Shown piece by piece: positions 43,778 to 49,150 of a stretch of DNA of 49,150 nucleotides. The notes beneath the pieces are model-generated. The model was not told the DNA's origin. It made no database searches and worked only from the letters and a program-made list of their open reading frames with translations. Source of the DNA: Clostridia bacterium. Its GTDB lineage: Bacteria; Bacillota; Clostridia; Christensenellales; Aristaeellaceae. How positions within the stretch are numbered: the stretch's first letter is position 1; the number at the start of each line of letters is the position of its first letter. Location: the NCBI GenBank assembly GCA_030537335.1, contig JAUNNK010000002.1, positions 1-49,150 of the forward strand, written 5' to 3'. Position numbers and translations under genes: made by a program.

Positions 43778-44773
43778 TCAGTAGAGGCTGCCTGTGTTCA
43801 CGATGGGCTGGGCGTCGTGGTTGCCGCAGAGCACCACCAGCAGATTGGAGACCATCGCCGCCTTGCGCTCCTCGTCCAGCTGCACCACGCCGTTGTCGTT
43901 CAGACGCTCCAGGGCCAGCTCCACCATGCCCACCGCGCCATCCACGATCATCTTGCGCGCGTCGATGATGGCGGAGGCCTGCTGGCGCTGCAGCATCACC
44001 GCGGCGATTTCCGTGGCGTAGGCCAGGTAGGTGATGCGGGCCTCGATGATCTCGATGCCGGCCTCCTCCACGCGCTGCTGGATCTCGTCCCGGATGCGCC
44101 CGGCCACGATCTCGCTGGAGCCGCGCAGGCTGCCGTCGTCGGCCACGCCGTCGCCGGTGGTGTCCACGTTGGGGGCCACATCATAGGGATACATCCGCAC
44201 GATGTTGCGCAGCGCGCTGTCGCACTGCAGCGACAGGTACTCCTTGTAGTTGTCCACGTTGAACACCGCCTTGGCCGTGTCCACGATGCGCCAGGTGACC
44301 GCGATGCCGATCTCCACCGGGTTGCCCAGGCAGTCGTTGATCTTCTGGCGGTTGTTGTTCAGGGTCATGATCTTCAGCGACAGCTTTCGGCTGGGAACCT
44401 CCGTGCTGCTGCCCGTGGTGCTCACGTTGGCCGATACGTCGCCGCTTTGGTTCAGGCGGGTCTTGGCCGCCGGGTTCACCGCCGTGCAGAAGGGGTTCAC
44501 GAAGTAGAAGCCGTCGCCCTTCAGCGTGCCGATGTAGCGGCCGAACAGCGTCAGCACCAGCGCCTCCTGGGGCTTGAGCACCTTCAAGCCCGGCAGCGGC
44601 AGCCAGCATAGGCACAGCACCACGATGCTGACGATCATCAGCGCCGGACTTCCGCCCTCGTCCAGAATCAGTCCGCCGAACACGCAGCCCAGAATGGACA
44701 GCGCGAACAGCAGCATGGTCAACAGCAGCACAGGAAGGCCCAGCTTCCTTGTGGTCAGAATCTTCTCCTTCAT
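43778..44773 (-). CDS. SPFH/Band-7 domain membrane protein
   Basis: Two N-terminal TM helices are followed by an SPFH core (..[19 protein letters not shown]..) and the coiled C-terminal region [13 protein letters not shown]. Confidence 0.8.
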   Translation of the reverse strand: MKEKILTTRKLGLPVLLLTMLLFALSILGCVFGGLILDEGGSPALMIVSIVVLCLCWLPLPGLKVLKPQEALVLTLFGRYIGTLKGDGFYFVNPFCTAVNPAAKTRLNQSGDVSANVSTTGSSTEVPSRKLSLKIMTLNNNRQKINDCLGNPVEIGIAVTWRIVDTAKAVFNVDNYKEYLSLQCDSALRNIVRMYPYDVAPNVDTTGDGVADDGSLRGSSEIVAGRIRDEIQQRVEEAGIEIIEARITYLAYATEIAAVMLQRQQASAIIDARKMIVDGAVGMVELALERLNDNGVVQLDEERKAAMVSNLLVVLCGNHDAQPIVNTGSLY

Positions 44774-44805
44774 CGCTTTATCCTCCGTTTCATTGTGATA
44801 TCAAA

Positions 44806-44834
44806 ATCATATCATTATGAATGCGTGCTGTCAA
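44806..44834 (-). promoter_or_regulatory. Promoter of the SPFH-RHH operon
   Basis: On the minus strand: TTGACA (44834-44829), 17 nt, then TATGAT (44811-44806). Confidence 0.55.
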
Positions 44835-44883
44835 GCGGGCGGCGTCGATTTTACAATTCTGCCCAGAATTGCGCGAAAAAGGC

Positions 44884-44900
44884 CCGCGCGAGGATTGCGC
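44884..44900 (+). repeat. Left copy of a perfect 17-bp direct repeat CCGCGCGAGGATTGCGC
   Basis: Identical to 45256-45272. It forms a CCGCGC-GAGGATT-GCGCGG hairpin with the first two bases of the insert. Confidence 0.8.
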
Positions 44901-45255
44901 GGACTCAGACTGTCGAAAAACCCCAAGAGAGCGCGAGAGGGCCGCAGCCCTCTTGCATTTCAATTGTGGTCGGCGGCATGTACGGCGACCACGGTGCTGA
45001 TTTTGCCTTGCAAAATCGCTTCTTTGCAGTTTTTGCGACCGGAATTGCTTGCAATTCAAGCAAAAACTGGAAAGCAGTCGCACCTATGCGCGAAGTGCAG
45101 GTGCGACCAGCCCGCCTGAATCCTTTGGATTCCAAGGCGGTGCTGCCGGGAACTCCGCTTCGCGGAGGTTCCGGTGCGTTGTAGGGGTGGTAGTGGCGGG
45201 GGAGCTTGCTCCCCCGTCCACCAGGTTGTCAAAAATCTTTTTTGACAACCTGAGT
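44901..45255. mobile_element. MITE-like 355-bp non-coding insert with terminal inverted repeats
   Basis: The left end is GGACTCAGACTGTCGAAAAA. The reverse complement of the right end (45238-45257) is GGACTCAGGTTGTCAAAAAA, 17/20 identical; its last two bases overlap the right repeat. The insert is flanked by the 17-bp direct repeat. Its interior is a chain of GC-rich hairpins with no credible ORF. Confidence 0.45.
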
Positions 45256-45272
45256 CCGCGCGAGGATTGCGC
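45256..45272 (+). repeat. Right copy of the 17-bp direct repeat
   Basis: CCGCGCGAGGATTGCGC, identical to 44884-44900. Confidence 0.8.
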
Positions 45273-45298
45273 AGGCGTTCGTTCGCAGGGATGGGGCG

Positions 45299-46645
45299 CT
45301 ACTTCACCACGTCGGGCAGGAAAACGCTGACGGACATGGTCTTGTCGTCTGCGCCGGGGCGGAAGAACAGTTCGCCGCCATAGTTTTTCACGATGCGGCG
45401 CATGGATTTGAGGCCCATGCCGCCGGGGCCGTTGCGCTTCTGGCTGAACGTGTGCATGCTCTGCGCCAGCGCATGCGCGTCGCGGCAGCTGTTCACCACC
45501 CGCAGCAGCAGGGCGCGCTCCACGATGCGCAGGGAAACCTCGATCTCCCGCTTTTCTCCCGCATCCAGGCGCTCGCAGGCCTCGATGGCGTTGTCCAGCA
45601 GGTTGCCCACCAGCGCGCAGAGATCCAGGTCGCTGATGGCCAGCTTTTCCGGCGCGGGGTGTAGGTTCCAGCAAACCTCGACGCCGGAATCGCGCATGCG
45701 CAGCTGCTTTGCGTCCAGCAGGCTATCGATCAGCGGGTGGCCGCAGTAGGTCTGCGCGCGGGTCTGGGCGAAGGCGGCGTTCAGGGAGGCGAGGTATTCA
45801 TGCTGGCGCTCGTATTCGCCCTTCTGACCCAGCGCGTCGATGGCCAGCAGATGGTTGCAGATGTCGTGGCGCAGCTGGCGGTAGCGGGATGCGCCGTCCA
45901 GCACGGTCTGCATCTGGCGCAGCTCGGCGCGGGCCTGCTGCTCCATGAGGCGGGCCTCCTCGGATTCGTGGATGCTGCCGTTGAGCTGGTGGATCAGGGA
46001 GAACAGGCCCAGCAGGGAGATCAGTGGCAGGAAGATGGCGACGGCGCTGAGCGTGGAGATGTGTTGGTCGATCCAGGGGGAGATTTCCAGGCCCCGCTGG
46101 GTGTAGGAGATGAAGGACAGCGCGGCCGATGTTCCCACCATCGCCAAGGCGGTGACGGTCAGCTTGCACCACAGTCGGCGATCCAGACGATCCTCGATGA
46201 TGCGCATGGTGCAGCGCAGCACCAGGTAGAGCAGCCATGTAATGAGGGCGGCGAGGCTGTCGAGCATCAACTGCTGAACGGGCGAAAGGTTCGCGACGGG
46301 CAGGTCCAGGGCGGGCGCGAGCAGTATGCAGAGCATTTCGGCGCTGGGGAAGAGAACCAGCCACAGCGCAAAAACCAGCAGGCGGGTGGCGATGCGGCCG
46401 CGATAGCAGGCGAGGGGCAGCAGCAGGTACACCGCCGCGCACAGCGGTGCGCGTCGGATCGAGGGCAGGCGCAGCCCCGGCAGAATGATCACCACCGCCA
46501 GAACTGCGGCGGTCAGCAGGCGGTGCAGGCGGAAGCGGAAGCGCGGCTGGAGCAGCGCCTCCACCAGAGAGACGTAGCAGTACTGGGTGCAGAGCCCGAT
46601 GAGAAGAAAGACGGGCGTGAGCCGGGTCAGAGTCAAGGAAGTCAC
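45299..46645 (-). CDS. AgrC/ComD-like (HPK10, GHKL) sensor histidine kinase with about 6 TM helices
   Basis: The N-terminal half is polytopic. The H-box reads YRQLRHDICNHLLAI, the N-box LVGNLLDNAIEA, and the G-box GPGGMGLKSMRRIVKNYGG. Confidence 0.8.
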   Translation of the reverse strand: MTSLTLTRLTPVFLLIGLCTQYCYVSLVEALLQPRFRFRLHRLLTAAVLAVVIILPGLRLPSIRRAPLCAAVYLLLPLACYRGRIATRLLVFALWLVLFPSAEMLCILLAPALDLPVANLSPVQQLMLDSLAALITWLLYLVLRCTMRIIEDRLDRRLWCKLTVTALAMVGTSAALSFISYTQRGLEISPWIDQHISTLSAVAIFLPLISLLGLFSLIHQLNGSIHESEEARLMEQQARAELRQMQTVLDGASRYRQLRHDICNHLLAIDALGQKGEYERQHEYLASLNAAFAQTRAQTYCGHPLIDSLLDAKQLRMRDSGVEVCWNLHPAPEKLAISDLDLCALVGNLLDNAIEACERLDAGEKREIEVSLRIVERALLLRVVNSCRDAHALAQSMHTFSQKRNGPGGMGLKSMRRIVKNYGGELFFRPGADDKTMSVSVFLPDVVK

Positions 46646-47358
46646 CTCAGCTGATAGTGTATGAACTGTTCCAACGCCTGCGCATAGTAGCCGCGGCTGA
46701 CGGGCAAGTTGGTTCCGTTCTTCAGGAGGATGCGCAGCTTTGTGCGGTCGATGTGGGAGATGGCGTCCGCGCGCACCAGGAAGCTTTTGTGGATGCGGAT
46801 GAAGGGGTGATCCTGCAATTCCAGGGCGATTTCGTCCAGGCGGCGGGTCTGCATGAGCAGCTCGGCTTGGGATTCCAGATGGATGAGTACCTTGTGGGCG
46901 CTGCTTTCAAAGTAGAGGATGTCTCGCAGCGGGATCTGCTGGTTGTGCTCCCGGCTGCGGATGCAGTAACAGGCGTCTGCAATCCAGTAGAACAGCAGAA
47001 AGCGGTTGATCGCGTCGTCGATGTCCTGTGCGGAGACGGGCTTGGAGATGAAGCCGATGGGCCGGTAGGAGAAGGCGTCCGGCATGCGCTCCGGGTGGCT
47101 GGTCACGAAAACGATTTCTGATTTCAACCGGCGCGCGCGGATCTCCCCGGCAAGCCGGTATCCGTCCGCATCCCGCAGGGAGAGATCCAGAAAGACCAGA
47201 TCCGGAGAAGCTTCGTTCAGCAGATTGAGCAGTTCCGCGCCACTGTTGCAGATCTGGATGCGCGCGGCGATGTCCCGGGACGCAAAGCAGGCTTCCGCAC
47301 GCAGGCGCAAATCCTCGGCGAGCGGCGCATCATCGTCGCAAATCAGAACACAGACCAT
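46642..47358 (-). CDS. LytTR-family response regulator
   Basis: The receiver reads VLICDDD..DLVFLDLSLRDADG. The C-terminal LytTR domain reads ..ILYFESSAHKVLIHL..FIRIHKSFLV... The stop overlaps the kinase start. Confidence 0.85.
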   Translation of the reverse strand: MVCVLICDDDAPLAEDLRLRAEACFASRDIAARIQICNSGAELLNLLNEASPDLVFLDLSLRDADGYRLAGEIRARRLKSEIVFVTSHPERMPDAFSYRPIGFISKPVSAQDIDDAINRFLLFYWIADACYCIRSREHNQQIPLRDILYFESSAHKVLIHLESQAELLMQTRRLDEIALELQDHPFIRIHKSFLVRADAISHIDRTKLRILLKNGTNLPVSRGYYAQALEQFIHYQLR

Positions 47359-47387
47359 GCAACCACTCCTTCCATATTAGTACATTA

Positions 47388-47416
47388 AATATAACATATT
47401 CATAATGCGATTGCAA
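47388..47416 (-). promoter_or_regulatory. Promoter of the LytTR-HK operon
   Basis: On the minus strand: TTGCAA (47416-47411), 17 nt, then TATATT (47393-47388). An 18-nt TGCATA direct-repeat motif lies 4 nt upstream (47421-47438). Confidence 0.5.
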
Positions 47417-47439
47417 GCTGTTTATGCAAAAATATGCAG

Positions 47440-47472
47440 GAGAAAGCGCCTGCCGATGCATCGGACAGGCGC
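47440..47472 (-). terminator. Terminator of the AraC-family gene
   Basis: On the minus strand: GCGCCTGTCCGATGCATCGGCAGGCGC followed by TTTCTC. Confidence 0.65.
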
Positions 47473-47533
47473 GACGGGGACGTATTGCGGAGAAAATGCA
47501 GAATTGGAGGGCGCGTTGCTGCATGTCGGGGGA

Positions 47534-48406
47534 TCAAGCCCTGCTTCCGGCCTCCAGGATGTGCAGCTTGTACTGCTTGGGCGTGGTGCCCTTGTACTTG
47601 CGGAACTGCTTGATGAAGGCGCTGGAATCGGCGAAGCCGCAGTGCACGGCGACCTCGGCCACGTTCATGTCGGTGGTGGCGAGGAAGTGGGCGGCGCATT
47701 CGATGCGGTAGTAGTTCAGGTAGTCGATGGGGGAACGGTGCACGATGGTGCGGAAGTAGCGGCAGAAGTACTTCGGCGAGAAGCCGGTAAGCCGGGCCAG
47801 GGTCTCCAGGGAGATGTGTTGGCCGTAGTGCTGCTCGATGTACTCCAGCGCGGGCTTGAGCTGCTCCGCCTTCTGCCAGGTGCGCTCGGACACGGTGTGC
47901 AGCTGGGCCGCGCCGATGTTGTGTAGCTGGCCGCCCAGAAAGGCGAACACCGCGCCCAGCATGTCGATGCTGCACGCGCTGAAGTCCGTGGCGGCGAGGT
48001 CGAATAGGCGCGTCACTGCGCCCTGAAATTGGGGATCGGCTTCAATCGAACCACTTTTTAGGAAGATGTTGTTGCGTAGCAGCGGCCGCAGCGCCTGGCG
48101 GCAGGATTCGATGCCCGGCGAGAGCGCCTGGGGGTCGAACACGATGCACTCGTAGACGCAGTTTTCCGGTTCGCCGCCGTGAATCACGCCGCCGCCCACG
48201 GTCAGCAGATCGCCCGCCTCGGCCAGCAGCTCGCCGTCGTCAAGAAACAGGCGCATCTGTCCGCTGCGCACGCGAATGATCTCGGTCTCCTTGTGCCAGT
48301 GCATCGTCATGCGGTAGCGGGGGAAGTTTTCGTCCACATAGTAGTAATCCAGCGGGAAGTCGCCCGTGCGGTGCGGAATCTGCTCGTGATAATCCAGGTA
48401 GTGCAT
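47534..48406 (-). CDS. AraC-family transcriptional regulator (cupin plus HTH)
   Basis: The N-terminal cupin reads MTMHWHKETEIIRVRSG. The C-terminal double HTH reads ..LETLARLTGFSPKYFCRYFR..CGFADSSAFIKQFRKYKGTTP. It is divergent from fucI. Confidence 0.85.
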   Translation of the reverse strand: MHYLDYHEQIPHRTGDFPLDYYYVDENFPRYRMTMHWHKETEIIRVRSGQMRLFLDDGELLAEAGDLLTVGGGVIHGGEPENCVYECIVFDPQALSPGIESCRQALRPLLRNNIFLKSGSIEADPQFQGAVTRLFDLAATDFSACSIDMLGAVFAFLGGQLHNIGAAQLHTVSERTWQKAEQLKPALEYIEQHYGQHISLETLARLTGFSPKYFCRYFRTIVHRSPIDYLNYYRIECAAHFLATTDMNVAEVAVHCGFADSSAFIKQFRKYKGTTPKQYKLHILEAGSRA

Positions 48407-48558
48407 GGAAAAGCTGCCCCCTTCGTTATGGTGAATATGTGACTACTTTCTGTGATTATACCACAATACAGCCCTGGAAATCAATGTTATATTGTGATTA
48501 AATTGGTACACTGGATTTAATCTAAACCATACAACATATTTTCAGGAGGTAGATTACT

Positions 48559-49150
48559 ATGGCACAGAACAGATACGTTGGCGATTATCCGGTCATCGGC
48601 ATCCGTCCCACCATCGACGGTCGCCGCGGCGCGCTGAAGGTCCGCGAATCCCTCGAGGAGCAGACCATGAACATGGCGCTCTCCGCAAAGAAGCTCTTTG
48701 AGGAGAACCTGCGCTACTCCAACGGCGAGCCGGTGAAGGTCATCATCGCCGACACCACCATCGGCCGCGTGGCCGAGGCCGCCGCCTGCGAGGACAAGTT
48801 CCGCAAGAACAACGTCGCCATCACCCTGACCGTGACTCCCTGCTGGTGCTATGGCTCCGAGACCATGGACCAGGATCGCCACACCATCAAGGGCGTGTGG
48901 GGCTTCAACGGCACCGAGCGTCCCGGCGCGGTGTATCTGGCCTCCGTGCTGGCCACCCATGCCCAGAAGGGCCTGCCGGCCTTCGGCATCTATGGCCATG
49001 ACGTGCAGGATGCAGACGACACCTCCATCCCCGCCGACGTCGAGGAGAAGCTGCTTCGCTTCGCCCGCGCCGCAGTTGCAGTCGCCACCATGCGCGGCAA
49101 GAGCTATCTGCAGATCGGCTCCATCTGCATGGGCATCGGCGGCTCCATCA
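48559..49150 (+). CDS. fucI: L-fucose isomerase, N-terminal 197 codons (runs off the window)
   Basis: ATG 48559 follows CAGGAGG. The text [86 protein letters not shown] is near-identical in pattern to E. coli FucI. Confidence 0.9.
   Translation, partial: MAQNRYVGDYPVIGIRPTIDGRRGALKVRESLEEQTMNMALSAKKLFEENLRYSNGEPVKVIIADTTIGRVAEAAACEDKFRKNNVAITLTVTPCWCYGSETMDQDRHTIKGVWGFNGTERPGAVYLASVLATHAQKGLPAFGIYGHDVQDADDTSIPADVEEKLLRFARAAVAVATMRGKSYLQIGSICMGIGGSI

Overview
High-GC (about 60-65%) Firmicutes/Clostridia-type chromosomal segment. Supporting features are T-box, M-box and PurBox regulation, HelD, an RsfA-like sporulation regulator, and strong GGAGG ribosome-binding sites. An Oscillospiraceae-like gut anaerobe is only an inference. 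The window opens on the tail of an rrn operon (5S 3' end, tRNA-Asn, terminator). It then enters about 8.4 kb that looks like a decayed integrative element. This stretch holds AT-rich DNA, an ATPase fragment, one dead large serine recombinase, two further recombinase C-terminal fragments and a frameshifted mobile-element gene. These relics bracket an intact five-gene operon under a textbook T-box leader: a small Cys/His protein, an aldo-keto reductase, a GntP permease, and active plus degenerate amidohydrolases. That operon is my best candidate for undescribed biology. The rest is mostly housekeeping. It includes Trk K+ uptake, CorA, a KdpD/E-like two-component system followed by a kdpB::kdpE deletion remnant, and a PurF homologue lacking the catalytic Cys behind PurBox-like sites. 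Further on are a Liv-type ABC transporter, a DUF559 cassette between hairpin repeats, MgtE behind a probable M-box, two DUF5050-like secreted proteins, LuxS, HelD, two FAD proteins and a HAD-thiamine pyrophosphokinase fusion. The window ends with an SPFH/RHH pair, a 355-bp MITE-like insert with terminal inverted repeats and a perfect 17-bp direct repeat, an orphan AgrC/LytTR-type system, an AraC regulator and the start of fucI. I saw no CRISPR array, intact transposase/integrase or recognisable defence system. Many very long ORFs in the track are antisense shadows typical of high-GC DNA. All calls come from reading the sequence and from remembered family motifs; no searches were run.
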